Part shown: piece by piece, positions 39,432 to 49,462 of the stretch
Position numbering within the stretch: the stretch's first letter is position 1
Layout of the letters: each line of letters opens with the position of its first letter
Source: a candidate division Zixibacteria bacterium SM23_81
GTDB lineage: Bacteria; SM23-81
DNA length: 64,000 nt
Assembly (NCBI GenBank): GCA_001304015.1
Contig: LJUY01000008.1
Location: 7,221 to 71,220, forward strand
Direction of reading: 5' to 3'
The notes under the pieces: model-generated
The model's database searches: none
Told to the model about the DNA's origin: nothing
The model's input: the letters and a program-made list of their open reading frames with translations, nothing else
Translations under genes and position numbers: made by a program

Positions 39432-40982
39432 TCAAAGTTGTTTAAAGGCTAGCATGATTGCAGTCGATGTAGTTGAGGTCCAAACACCATCATCAGGTGT
39501 TTGTTTCACCCCAGCACTTCTTGTATTTTCCATGACCCTTTTTACGACAAGCGCCGCCAATATAAACATGTAAGCTCCACTCATGTGAGAATAATCAAAC
39601 ACGTGTTCCACGAAAGACCAAGAAAACAGAGCTACTGTATACCCACACAGTGCTAAACAAAGGATTCTTAAAATTTTATCGTCTGAATGCCTGAATTTCC
39701 AGCCTAAGCTAAATATAGATATCCACATAAATAAGTAGAGCACAAATCCTATATACCCTGTTTCAATGCGATATTGAAGGACGTCATTGTGCAGTTCAAA
39801 GTATTGACCTGAAATCCTTTTTATATAAACTGGCGTAGTTCCAAAACCCTTACCCAGAAAAGATTCTTGTAACTCCTTGGCAACTTCCCACTGCTCAAAT
39901 CGACCCTTAAAATCGATTGAATGTACCGCTGAGCTTACATCGCCTTTGAGCATATACCCAAAGAATTGATTCGGACCGTAGTGAGGTTTGAACATGCTTT
40001 CTTGGAAGCTCGGTGTGTAGAAAAGTACATATATCCCTAGGATGATGAGACCCAAAGAAAGCATGCCCTTAGTTATCAAGGAGAAAGGCGCTTTTCTGAT
40101 TGTTAATAAAAAGACCGTAAGTCCACCGAGAACGAGGGCGAGAATAGCTCCCCTTTGTAATATCCAAATGAGCATGATGAAACTGTAAATTAACATAAAT
40201 ATTGAAAGTTTTTTTCTTTTGTTCACTAGCCACATGCTTAATGCCAGAATAGCGATAAAAAGAACATAAAACTTAGATGCATGCCGTCCTGAATATCCTC
40301 TGAAGTAATCCGGTGGATTGCCTGGCCAGAGAGCTTTCGCAAAAGGAATTGCAATAGTCGAAACCACCAAGAAAATTATGGCTCCAATTATGAGCATCTT
40401 GAAACACTTTGTAGATGGAATACGCCTGTCCAGCAGCAGAGATAGTGCTAAAAATGCCGCCATGAGTAATTTTGGATAGTACCTCATTGAATCAACCGGT
40501 GAGATGGCCCATAAAATGGTTATTCCTAAATAGCCTATCCATGGAAATATGGCCAAAAGGAATCTTTTGGATTCTCGAGATTTGACGACCTCGCGTATAT
40601 TTTGAGCGAAAACCAAGCTATATAGTAAATAAAGGATCGCCAAAAAAGCCGTCCTCACCCAATTTAAAGTGACTAAACCTCCTATGCGGTCCAAAGCTCC
40701 AGGAAAAGTTAATGCCCCCAGAACGAGATAATAGTACAACAGGTACTCAGCCCGAAACATGAAGATAGCAAATACGATTGAACAAAATAGGAGAATAACA
40801 AGTATTGAATAGTAGCCCAATCCAGTTATCAAGCCTATTGCACAAGTGAAGAGCATTATTAATAGGATTAGAGTAACTTTAGAGGATTTTATATTATCTA
40901 TTGGAGTACGATAACTAATCACTGTCTCCACTCTATGGCAGCGGTTATGACAATTATCTACTATGCTGCAAATATTTAGCAA
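39432..40982 (-). CDS. O-antigen ligase/polymerase (Wzy/WaaL) family membrane protein, copy 2 (paralog of 35126..36547)
   Basis: 516 aa that aligns with copy 1 over almost its full length at high identity (…FCSIVFAIFMFRAEYLLYYYLVLGALTFPGALDRIGGLVTLNW… versus …FCSIVLAILISRTEYVLYYYLVLGALTFPGALDRLGGLVTLNW…). Confidence 0.6.
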   Translation of the reverse strand: MLNICSIVDNCHNRCHRVETVISYRTPIDNIKSSKVTLILLIMLFTCAIGLITGLGYYSILVILLFCSIVFAIFMFRAEYLLYYYLVLGALTFPGALDRIGGLVTLNWVRTAFLAILYLLYSLVFAQNIREVVKSRESKRFLLAIFPWIGYLGITILWAISPVDSMRYYPKLLMAAFLALSLLLDRRIPSTKCFKMLIIGAIIFLVVSTIAIPFAKALWPGNPPDYFRGYSGRHASKFYVLFIAILALSMWLVNKRKKLSIFMLIYSFIMLIWILQRGAILALVLGGLTVFLLTIRKAPFSLITKGMLSLGLIILGIYVLFYTPSFQESMFKPHYGPNQFFGYMLKGDVSSAVHSIDFKGRFEQWEVAKELQESFLGKGFGTTPVYIKRISGQYFELHNDVLQYRIETGYIGFVLYLFMWISIFSLGWKFRHSDDKILRILCLALCGYTVALFSWSFVEHVFDYSHMSGAYMFILAALVVKRVMENTRSAGVKQTPDDGVWTSTTSTAIMLAFKQL

Positions 40983-42115
40983 TTTCCTGACACATAAGAG
41001 ATCGCGTCATGAAATCCTGTTATCATTTTTTCAAGAGAACAGTCTTTGACCGCTGTCTCAAAAGCGGCTTTAGACATACTGATATGTACTGCCTCATCCC
41101 CCAACAGTTTTTTTATTGATGTCGAAATAGACTCGACAGATGGATCGCATAGAAGTCCATTTTTTCCGTGCTTTAAATATTCAATCTCCGGGCCATGAAA
41201 GGGGCCTTGCGGCGTTGCTGGGCAAGTAATCACTGGTGTCGCAAAACAAAAAGCATGAACGATAGATAAGCCGATATGACCTGGATTTATAAAGAGATCT
41301 GACGCATACAGATATTTACCAGTCACCTTGCTATCAAAAATTGCTCCGTGGTAATATAACGACGGAAGTTTATGACAATGCTCTTTAATAACTTCGACTT
41401 CAGGACCTGTTCCAATGACATGCAAGGCTATATCAAACTTCGACTGCAATTTTTCAAACACAGATAGCAGAAGGTCAATTCTTTTTCCCTTTACAAGGCG
41501 TCCTATGAATATGAGATGATACCGTTCCTTAAACTGTAATTGGCTCCGAATTTTTTCTCTGCCTATCTTTAGAAATCTATGATATAAGGGAATCAATTCA
41601 GAGGTGTCCATCGTATTTTGTGCCACGAATAATTTGGCATCATCGCCCAAGAACTTTGAAACTAACTGTTTCCGAAAATAAGAGTAAAGTATCACGCCGT
41701 CTAATTTTTTGTAGCACATGAGCAGTATCTTGGTTTTGATTGAGAAGGCAGGGTTTATGAATTCTTTGTTGCTGAATCCATGTGTCCAGGCAACGAATTT
41801 GTATCTAAAGAGCGATTTCAAAAAAAACAGAGCCCAAAAGGACAGGTAGCCTAAGGAAAATTCGGAAATCACAATTTCAGGTTTTTTTTTGAGCAAAGGA
41901 TTCAGCACGTTTTGAATTACAAGGTTTTCCTTTTTAGGAAAATAAATTCTGTTCATACAAAAATTTGGATAATCCATCATTTTATAATTTGATGCCAGGT
42001 TAGATCGGAACTTCTCTTTACTGTGGCAGACGATAACACCGTATTTCTTAAATAGCTTCCGGAATATCGGAACGCGATAATGCGGGACAATTCGCTGATA
42101 AAGGAGAATATTCAT
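40976..42115 (-). CDS. GT4 family glycosyltransferase
   Basis: 379 aa with a GT-B C-terminal domain (…YASDLFINPGHIGLSIVHAFCFATPVITC…). It overlaps the Wzy copy 2 start by 7 bp. Confidence 0.65.
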   Translation of the reverse strand: MNILLYQRIVPHYRVPIFRKLFKKYGVIVCHSKEKFRSNLASNYKMMDYPNFCMNRIYFPKKENLVIQNVLNPLLKKKPEIVISEFSLGYLSFWALFFLKSLFRYKFVAWTHGFSNKEFINPAFSIKTKILLMCYKKLDGVILYSYFRKQLVSKFLGDDAKLFVAQNTMDTSELIPLYHRFLKIGREKIRSQLQFKERYHLIFIGRLVKGKRIDLLLSVFEKLQSKFDIALHVIGTGPEVEVIKEHCHKLPSLYYHGAIFDSKVTGKYLYASDLFINPGHIGLSIVHAFCFATPVITCPATPQGPFHGPEIEYLKHGKNGLLCDPSVESISTSIKKLLGDEAVHISMSKAAFETAVKDCSLEKMITGFHDAISYVSGNC

Positions 42116-42164
42116 ACACTTTAGCAGGTTCTGAAAACAGGTTCTTACATAGAATATTGCTCTT

Positions 42165-42872
42165 TCACAATGATGTTTTCTTCAATACTATGGTATATCC
42201 ATCTGGCTGCCAGTATTTCTTGGCGCCAAGAGCGTACAAGATGTCAGATAATACTGTAAAAGCAAATCTCACTTTTGCCTTGCACATTAAAACTGACCTT
42301 GGAATAAGCGGTCGGTACAGTCTGGCATACCGAAAGAAGAATTCAATTACTTCGTAGTTGCTCGAAATTTTTTGAAATGTATGCTGATGGCTATCGATAC
42401 CAGTGAGATGAGTAATCAAAATGTTTGGTGGATACGCTCGTTGGTGTGTAAAATCATCATAAAAATGGTCCGACAACAGGGGAGATTGAAAAATAAGTGT
42501 TCCTCCAAATTTCAACACGCGGTCTAACTCAATGAGCAGCTTGTATGCTGCAGCAGGTTGAAAATGCTCAATAAGATGTGCACAAAAAATTGCGTCGTAT
42601 GCTGTATCTCTGAAGGGGAGTCGAAGTGCATCGGCTTGAACTACTTTCCCCCCTTTGTCCATGGCAATCCGTAAATGCTCCATGTTTAGATCGATACCGA
42701 TGACCTTTTGATCAAAGGGTGTCATGGAATTTTGTTTGCTAATCTCAATAAATGTACCGGCTCCGCATGGAACATCAAGGATTACTCTGCGTTCTCTCAA
42801 GAATCGATGATAGATTTTGGAGTAGTCCTGCCGCGATAAAAAGAATTTTCGATATATATCGACGTATTTCAT
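42165..42872 (-). CDS. class I SAM-dependent methyltransferase
   Basis: Motif I ILDVPCGAGTFIE and motif II DAIFCAHLIEHF. Confidence 0.6.
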   Translation of the reverse strand: MKYVDIYRKFFLSRQDYSKIYHRFLRERRVILDVPCGAGTFIEISKQNSMTPFDQKVIGIDLNMEHLRIAMDKGGKVVQADALRLPFRDTAYDAIFCAHLIEHFQPAAAYKLLIELDRVLKFGGTLIFQSPLLSDHFYDDFTHQRAYPPNILITHLTGIDSHQHTFQKISSNYEVIEFFFRYARLYRPLIPRSVLMCKAKVRFAFTVLSDILYALGAKKYWQPDGYTIVLKKTSL

Positions 42873-43022
42873 GGTTAGTCAACAGAGAAGCTGCACAGAT
42901 GATTCTCTTGCAGTGTTCATTTGACAAAGTTACGGTTTCTTCTGGGGCTCTGCGCAGAGCATTTCCATCATCTGCAACGATAAGCAAAACTAGACTCAAG
43001 GTATGTAACCGAATAAGATGTG

Positions 43023-43918
43023 AGTAAGTCACGCGTTGTTTACAGATCTTCGGGATAAAAGTATTCCAGCAACTTCTCCAGTGGAGTCATGTTCCCGATG
43101 GATTTATGAGGCTTGACTGTGTTATAGTAGTTCACGAAGCGTTTGAGTTCCGTCTGGCGATGAGCTGAAGAGTTGAACTTGGTCTTCTGGTGCCACATGT
43201 GCATGATCGTCTTCAGCACTCGTTCGGCTTTGCCATTGGTCTTGGGATTGCGCACCTTGGTGAAGCGCTGCTCAATGTGATGGTCTTGGCACAACAGCAT
43301 AAAGGCATGATGCTCAGGATCGCCCTTGTACTCCTTGCCATTGTCGGTGTAATACTGCTCGATGGTGTAGGGACATTCATCCAGGACCTGCTCTAAGAAC
43401 TGCTTGGCGGCGTATTGGGTCTTATTGGGCAGGATGGCAGCATACAGCTCCCGGGAGAAATCGTCAAGGGCCACGAACAGATACTCGTGGCGATCTAAGG
43501 ACGATTGACCCTGGATCACCGGCAGCCGTTTGGTATCGCCATGCAGCATCTGGCCAGGATAGTCCTTGTTATAGCGCTTGGCCTGACGCTTGCGCTGTTC
43601 TTCTAAAGCCCGCTCGATCTTGGCCAGACGCTTGAGACCATGCTTCACACAGCGATACCGCTTATTGGTGCTGTTGTGAATCGAGAAGTCCCGATCCCGA
43701 CCACGCTGAATGATCTTATAGATCGTCGGCCGACTGACATGGTACTCCCGGGCCAGATCGGTGAGCCGACAACTCTCTTGATAGTACCGTCGATAGATCT
43801 CTTTTCGCTGGAGCGGGGTCAACCGCGTCCTCTTGTGAATGACCATCTGGGATCTCCTTTTCTGAAAAACCACCTTCTGTTAAATCTAGTATAGGAAATC
43901 CCAAAACTGTAAACAACG
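43023..43918. mobile_element. IS481-like insertion sequence (~0.9 kb) bounded by perfect 13-bp terminal inverted repeats
   Basis: gcgttgtttacag at 43023-43035 is the exact reverse complement of ctgtaaacaacgc at 43906-43918. They enclose a single DDE-transposase ORF. Confidence 0.55.
43040..43873 (-). CDS. DDE transposase (HTH + rve integrase core), IS481/IS3-superfamily-like
   Basis: 277 aa with an N-terminal HTH (…LTDLAREYHVSRPTIYKIIQR) and an rve core (…HGDTKRLP…DDFSRE…TDNGKEY…NGKAERV…YNTVKPHKSIGNMTPLE). Confidence 0.7.
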   Translation of the reverse strand: MVFQKRRSQMVIHKRTRLTPLQRKEIYRRYYQESCRLTDLAREYHVSRPTIYKIIQRGRDRDFSIHNSTNKRYRCVKHGLKRLAKIERALEEQRKRQAKRYNKDYPGQMLHGDTKRLPVIQGQSSLDRHEYLFVALDDFSRELYAAILPNKTQYAAKQFLEQVLDECPYTIEQYYTDNGKEYKGDPEHHAFMLLCQDHHIEQRFTKVRNPKTNGKAERVLKTIMHMWHQKTKFNSSAHRQTELKRFVNYYNTVKPHKSIGNMTPLEKLLEYFYPEDL

Positions 43919-44232
43919 CTAATATAAATCACAAATAAGAACTTTAAGAATGCCTGTGATAACAAACCAGCGTGGACTGTTAGATGGCTTCAAAATAACG
44001 CTAGAGAAATCTGGCCTGTGAACGGGAGGACATACGGATCACCTTTTCTTGTAAAGAGTCCCAAAGTTTAGGTCCGCCCAAGTTCGAGCCACCCAGTTCG
44101 GTATAAGATGAAATTAATTTACTGTTTAACCTCGATGGTGAAAACACCCTCAGAAATGGAAATGACTTTAGAGGTAAATGTCTGGATATAGGGATTTGAT
44201 ATGTGAAACAATGCATGAGCAGGCCAATTTGT

Positions 44233-44892
44233 TCAAACAACAATCTTCTTGCATAAGTAGAATATTTGAGAATTATTATATGCATACAACCACTCTTTTT
44301 GAATATCAAAATATCGTGTTATATTCCGCCTTATTCTTCGCTTTGAGAAACCCCTCTTACCTGGTTCCCAATAATGTCCGCCGGTAACAACATGAGATTT
44401 CCAAAACAAAGGCAACCTCTTGATGATGTTTAGCTGTCGTTCACCATACTTGCTTAGGTAAAGATGGACCTTAAACGTAAGGCCCGCGTATGGTAAAGAC
44501 ATAATTAAATAGCTACGCGTAATTGCTGCAATATTTTGTAAAGCATTGCCAAAGTCACTAAACTTCAAATGTTCCAGGACTTCATAGCATAAAACAAGAT
44601 CAAACTGTTGTTTCACTTTTCGCCGTAATTCTGTAACAGAACAGACGATATCAGGATTTAATTTGGGATTATAATCTATCGTGACAGGATAAAAGCCAAA
44701 ATTTCTCAATAACGATGACGTCACCACATTTCCTATGCCGATCTCTGCGATCGTGTTAATGGGCTCAGCTCTAGCCAATTCCAAGACCGACATCAGTTGT
44801 TCACGATAGGTTAAAAATCGGCTAATTCCCAAGTAGGCGTCAGTAAAATATATGCCGGAATCCACTCGGGGCTTGTAAATATGTTTTCTCAT
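44233..44892 (-). CDS. class I SAM-dependent methyltransferase
   Basis: Motif I IAEIGIGNVVTSS and post-II DLVLCYEVLEHL. Confidence 0.5.
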   Translation of the reverse strand: MRKHIYKPRVDSGIYFTDAYLGISRFLTYREQLMSVLELARAEPINTIAEIGIGNVVTSSLLRNFGFYPVTIDYNPKLNPDIVCSVTELRRKVKQQFDLVLCYEVLEHLKFSDFGNALQNIAAITRSYLIMSLPYAGLTFKVHLYLSKYGERQLNIIKRLPLFWKSHVVTGGHYWEPGKRGFSKRRIRRNITRYFDIQKEWLYAYNNSQIFYLCKKIVV

Positions 44893-45048
44893 GCTGATCG
44901 TCGCTAAGAGCCAGGCTATTTTTTAATACAATATTGGGGATTGTTCAAATAACCATGCTTAGGCTGGGAAATCAAACGTGTCAAATTCTCACAGGAGCGG
45001 CTGAAGTTTACGTTTTCTCCTCCATACTTTTGGAATAATCCTGTTATT

Positions 45049-46149
45049 TCAGTGCTCTGTGGCGGTTAAAATTTCCTTGAGAATTACGTCGATGATCCTC
45101 TTATTGCTCTGAGGTGACGGAAGACATACCTCTCTCTTTCGCGGAACGATGTGTTGAACATCTGCAATCGATTGGAGGAAATGCAATTTGCCTTGCTCGA
45201 CCAGAGTCTGATCAAGAATTCCTCGCTTACCGCTGAACACGCTGAAGACAGGCAGTCCCAGAAGAGCAGCCTCCCGGTTCATGGTGCCCCCGCCGCTGAT
45301 AACAAGATCTGAGTGCCACAGCAAGTTAAGCCCGTCAACGGGTTTTTCAGGAATCACCAAGCCCTGGTGAGAGGGATAGGAACGCAAAAGGTCTATTCTT
45401 TGGTCCTCGGTCCGGGGCAGCACCACAGCCACAGCTGCTTTTTGAGCCAGGATATGTTGCAGGGCTGCCTCAAAGAGCAACTCGCTGCGAGGATTATGAT
45501 AATGGGCCAATGTCGCGGGTGGACGCAGTGTCACCAACACTTGATCCTTGCCTATGCCCAATTGGCTGTATATCTCAGAATCCGGTTGAAAATCTCCCAG
45601 ATAGACCTCCTCTTTAAAACCAGGGTACCTGACCACCTTTGTGGCATCCAGACCAATAGATCCGAGAATATTATCTGGGATGAGCTCAGGGAGAAGGACT
45701 TTCGTTGAAAACTTGTTAAAGATTCCTGTGAAGACGTGTTCGTAGTCATACAAAGTGACACACGGGATTCTCATCAAGTAAGAGGTCCATACCAATGATC
45801 GAGAGCCATGGCTGACAGCTACATCGATCTTCTGCCGGCGAACGAAACGGAGTAGCTGTAAGGAGCGAATACCCAATCCGGCTATCTTCGATAGTAACGC
45901 CTTCCCATAATGTCGCCCGATGGGGACGAAGGCAATCTGATGGAGCTCGAGAAGACCGTGGGTTTGGGCACATGCTCTTGCCGTGATAACCACTTCATGT
46001 CCGGCCTCCTGTAGCTGCTTCACGATGGGCGCAAAGAAGAGCACGTGGGGAGAATTGTCGATGTCGATCCAGATGCATTTTCTGGTCATGTCTTTTCTTT
46101 CCCCTCGTTCAAGGCCGATAAAAGCTCGCTTAGGGCATAGAACATCCAT
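45049..46149 (-). CDS. DUF354-like GT-B-fold protein (putative glycosyltransferase)
   Basis: 366 aa whose N-terminal region (…IWIDIDNSPHVLFFAPIVKQLQEAGHEVVITAR…) resembles the DUF354 family. Start may be an internal Met. Confidence 0.4.
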   Translation of the reverse strand: MDVLCPKRAFIGLERGERKDMTRKCIWIDIDNSPHVLFFAPIVKQLQEAGHEVVITARACAQTHGLLELHQIAFVPIGRHYGKALLSKIAGLGIRSLQLLRFVRRQKIDVAVSHGSRSLVWTSYLMRIPCVTLYDYEHVFTGIFNKFSTKVLLPELIPDNILGSIGLDATKVVRYPGFKEEVYLGDFQPDSEIYSQLGIGKDQVLVTLRPPATLAHYHNPRSELLFEAALQHILAQKAAVAVVLPRTEDQRIDLLRSYPSHQGLVIPEKPVDGLNLLWHSDLVISGGGTMNREAALLGLPVFSVFSGKRGILDQTLVEQGKLHFLQSIADVQHIVPRKREVCLPSPQSNKRIIDVILKEILTATEH

Positions 46150-47357
46150 GCTTGACCCCAGCGCATGTAAGGGATTTTGTTAGTTAAAAACCGTCCTTTT
46201 CGGTAGTAAAAGTAGCCCTCCCGGTCCTGCAGATTCTGGATGGACCACCGGGCTATCTTTTGGGCAAAAGCCAAGCTGTTTTTGCTTCGTGCACGTAATC
46301 GCGTAAAGGTGATGACACCTTGAGTGGCGCAATGGATATCGATGGGGTAGAGGCTGTTATGGTAATACTTTGGTACCCCATTCCGATGGAACAGATGTCG
46401 CCGATAAAAATCTAAACCGGCCTCCAGATGGGTCAACAGATCTGTGCTGCCAATGCTCGTCATGATGTTGTCGAGAGCCACGAGGATAAAACCGGTGTGA
46501 TGGCCATCCACCCAGTGCTGAGTCTCCTCTTTTCCGTAAAACCACGAACCGTCTTTGTTTTGGTGCCTGACCACGAAGTTGGTGGCCTTTTGTGCCGCAT
46601 CGAGAAGAGGCTTATCCCTACACAGCCGGTGGACGCGACTCAGTATGTGGGCAGCGAGGATGTTTGCGTTGTAGACCTGAAGATGATCCAAGGGCGTGTA
46701 GCTGAAGCAGAGTTCGTCTTTCTGTTCCCAGCGGTGAAGGTCCTGAAGGAAGAAGTCGCAGGAGCTTCGGGCCATCTGTAGCACCTCTTCTTGTCCCAGA
46801 ACCTCGTAGAGATTCAGAAGCGCATCGGCGACGAAAGCTGTGTTGACGGCAGTAGGAGTGCCTTGCGGTAAGAAAAAGAAACGTGACTGCCAGTCGAAAT
46901 TGTATCCCCAGCAATATCCACTATAACCTTGACAAGTAAGTTTTTTGAGAAGATTCAGGAAACGCTGACATAGCAAAAGATATCTTTGCTCCCCAGAGAG
47001 GCGATGGAGGATCACGCAGCCGCTTAGAAAGAGACTGAGCCCTTTGGGATTCAAACCTTTCTTCGTTCCCAGGATGGGTCTTAGGTTAATGGGCGACCTC
47101 TTGGCAATTTGAGCAAAAGCCAATCTTGCCCACCAACTCTTGAGGGGCAACGCGTGGAAGAACTTGCTGTTTAAACCATCATATGGATCGTATCCGCTCC
47201 ATTCCTGCGATTGACAGTAGACAAACAGTCGCTGGAGCGCCACGCTATAATATCTGTCCGGTTCGCTCATTGATCTATAATCTGGGAGAGATCTACCTTT
47301 ACAGGCGCCCCTACCTTGAGAGCCTCCATGATCTGAAAGGTGACCAACGTAGCCCAC
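46086..47357 (-). CDS. polysaccharide-modifying (alpha/alpha)-toroid-like protein; weak resemblance to heparinase II/III or glucuronyl C5-epimerase C-terminal families
   Basis: 423-aa clean ORF. The family call rests only on composition and aromatic-rich helical motifs and is not secure. Its 5' end overlaps the next gene by ~90 bp, so the start may be later. Confidence 0.3.
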   Translation of the reverse strand: MGYVGHLSDHGGSQGRGACKGRSLPDYRSMSEPDRYYSVALQRLFVYCQSQEWSGYDPYDGLNSKFFHALPLKSWWARLAFAQIAKRSPINLRPILGTKKGLNPKGLSLFLSGCVILHRLSGEQRYLLLCQRFLNLLKKLTCQGYSGYCWGYNFDWQSRFFFLPQGTPTAVNTAFVADALLNLYEVLGQEEVLQMARSSCDFFLQDLHRWEQKDELCFSYTPLDHLQVYNANILAAHILSRVHRLCRDKPLLDAAQKATNFVVRHQNKDGSWFYGKEETQHWVDGHHTGFILVALDNIMTSIGSTDLLTHLEAGLDFYRRHLFHRNGVPKYYHNSLYPIDIHCATQGVITFTRLRARSKNSLAFAQKIARWSIQNLQDREGYFYYRKGRFLTNKIPYMRWGQAWMFYALSELLSALNEGKEKT

Positions 47358-49462
47358 AGGGCATCTTGGAACGATACTGGCAGCTGTGAGCCTCTCTTGA
47401 GGGCGGTTACAAAGGCTTTTAGCTCATTCCGGTGTCCCTTGTCCTGTCTGCGGTGTCGAATGTGTCTTCTTTTCCCGCCTCGCGACGTGGTCAGGGTCTT
47501 GAAATCGTCGATGACCACCACTGAGTTTTGGTCGAAGATCTCGATCCTTTCCTTGGGGAAAGAAGGGTCCCCCACGGACAGATACTGAATGGTTCCCAAA
47601 GACCCATCGGACAGCGCGATGGTCACCATCACGTTATCCGGTAAGGCCTGACGAGGATGTGCGTGGGGCATAGCCTGGGCGAATACTCTCTGAGGTGTTG
47701 CCTTGGCCAGAAAATGGATCAGGTCCACGAAATGACAAACCTCCCCGATAATCCGGCCTCCCCCCTCTTGGGGATCCTGAATCCAATGGTCCCAAGGAAT
47801 GGGTCCCGCGTTGACTCGATAGGTGATGCCCAGGGGCCCTGAGGAGGAGAGAAGAAAATCCTTGGCTTGTTGCACCAGGGGAGCAAACCGGCGATTGAAG
47901 CCCACCATAAGCCTCCCGCCTGTAGTTTTATAGGCGTTGGTCAGTTCTCTGAGCTCATTCATCTCCACGGCCAGCGGTTTCTCCAGGAAAACGGCTTTTC
48001 CATGCTCTAAGGCTTCCTGGGCTATAGTGGCGTGCAAATTGTGTCTAGTGGCGATGAACACACAATCCACGGCTGCATCCTGAAGGACCTCTCGGTAGTC
48101 GCTGGTGCAGTTGGCGAATCCGTATTTGTCGGCCACCCTTCTGGCTGTTGTCCCCACAGCGTCAGCCACAGCCTCCAGATTAACTGTCGATATATGGGCT
48201 AAGTTGGGAAGCAAGATGCTTTGTGCGAAGCTTCCCGTGCCGATAAATCCGACGCCGAGAGTGTCTTTTTGCAAAGGCCTTTTCTGAGCCGCTGGTGCCA
48301 GTTTCGCCAGGGCTGGGGTCTCGCCGGGCTCATATTCAAGCAAAACCCCAAGAAAGAAATCTCCTTGCTGTCCCGAAATCAACTGGTAAGCCTCCAGGGC
48401 GTTCTCGATGGGAAATCGGTGGGTGATAATCTCTTCCAAGCGAATTTTGCCCCCGGATACTAGCCGCAGAAATTCCTCCATGTTTCGCCTTTCCGTCCAG
48501 CGGACATACCCGATGGGATAATCAACTCCCTTTTCCTCGTAATAACTGTCATATCTTCCAGGTCCATAGGATCTAGAAAGTGTGAGAGAGAGTTCCTTTT
48601 CGTAGTAGTCCTTCCTAGGCACATCCATGCCCGTCATTCCCACCATGACCACGTTTCCTCGATCGCGAGCAAGCTGGCCGGCTAACCTCACCGGCTCGCT
48701 GCTGGAGGAAGCGGCTGTGATGATCACGGCATCGGCACCGCGTCCTTCGGTAAAACTCGTCGTCCTGTGGACAATCTGTTCCTCTCCTGCGAGGGCTCCA
48801 TCGTGGGCTCCCAACTCCAAGGCCAGTTTCAAGAGCTCCGGCTTCAGGTCGACTCCGAACACACGGCAGCCCGCGGCGCTGAGCAGCTGGACGGTCAGCT
48901 GTCCCAAGAGGCCCAAACCGATGACCACCACGCTCTCGCCCAGAACCACTTTCGCCTGCCGTATTCCCTGCATAGCGATGGCGCCCAAAGTGCTGAAGGC
49001 GGCATGATTCAGAGGGAGCCCCTGGGGGACCTTAACGCACAAATTTTTAGGCACAAAAATGATCTCGGCATGATTCGCGTACCCTCCCCCGGCGCATGCC
49101 ACGCGGTCACCGGGCTGAAATTCCTCAGCCCCGTTGGCGACTCGAATCACTGTGCCCGCGCAGCTATATCCCAGGGGATTGAGGGTGTCCAGCTTGTTCA
49201 TGGTTTTCTTATAGGTTTTCAACAGGCCTTCCCGTTTGACGTTCTGTATCACCTGCTTGAGCTGATCGGGCCGCGCCCGAGCCTTTGCCAATAGGTTCTT
49301 TTGGCCCAACTCAATTTTTCCCCTTTCGGTTCCAGCGCTGATCACAGAGAAGGCGTTGCGCACTAAAACGCCACCTGGCTTTAGAATGGGAGGGGGAACC
49401 TCTTCTATCTTCAGCTCACCGGTCTTGTAATTTTGGACGACTTGTCGCATGGTTTCTCTCAC
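47267..49462 (-). CDS. bi-domain oxidoreductase: N-terminal Zn-dependent alcohol dehydrogenase (MDR) fused to C-terminal Gfo/Idh/MocA dehydrogenase
   Basis: 731 aa with an MDR Rossmann motif VVVIGLGLLGQLTVQLL in the N-terminal half and a Gfo/Idh/MocA motif LGVGFIGTGSFAQSILLPNL…EKPLA in the C-terminal half. Confidence 0.7.
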   Translation of the reverse strand: MRETMRQVVQNYKTGELKIEEVPPPILKPGGVLVRNAFSVISAGTERGKIELGQKNLLAKARARPDQLKQVIQNVKREGLLKTYKKTMNKLDTLNPLGYSCAGTVIRVANGAEEFQPGDRVACAGGGYANHAEIIFVPKNLCVKVPQGLPLNHAAFSTLGAIAMQGIRQAKVVLGESVVVIGLGLLGQLTVQLLSAAGCRVFGVDLKPELLKLALELGAHDGALAGEEQIVHRTTSFTEGRGADAVIITAASSSSEPVRLAGQLARDRGNVVMVGMTGMDVPRKDYYEKELSLTLSRSYGPGRYDSYYEEKGVDYPIGYVRWTERRNMEEFLRLVSGGKIRLEEIITHRFPIENALEAYQLISGQQGDFFLGVLLEYEPGETPALAKLAPAAQKRPLQKDTLGVGFIGTGSFAQSILLPNLAHISTVNLEAVADAVGTTARRVADKYGFANCTSDYREVLQDAAVDCVFIATRHNLHATIAQEALEHGKAVFLEKPLAVEMNELRELTNAYKTTGGRLMVGFNRRFAPLVQQAKDFLLSSSGPLGITYRVNAGPIPWDHWIQDPQEGGGRIIGEVCHFVDLIHFLAKATPQRVFAQAMPHAHPRQALPDNVMVTIALSDGSLGTIQYLSVGDPSFPKERIEIFDQNSVVVIDDFKTLTTSRGGKRRHIRHRRQDKGHRNELKAFVTALKRGSQLPVSFQDALWATLVTFQIMEALKVGAPVKVDLSQIIDQ

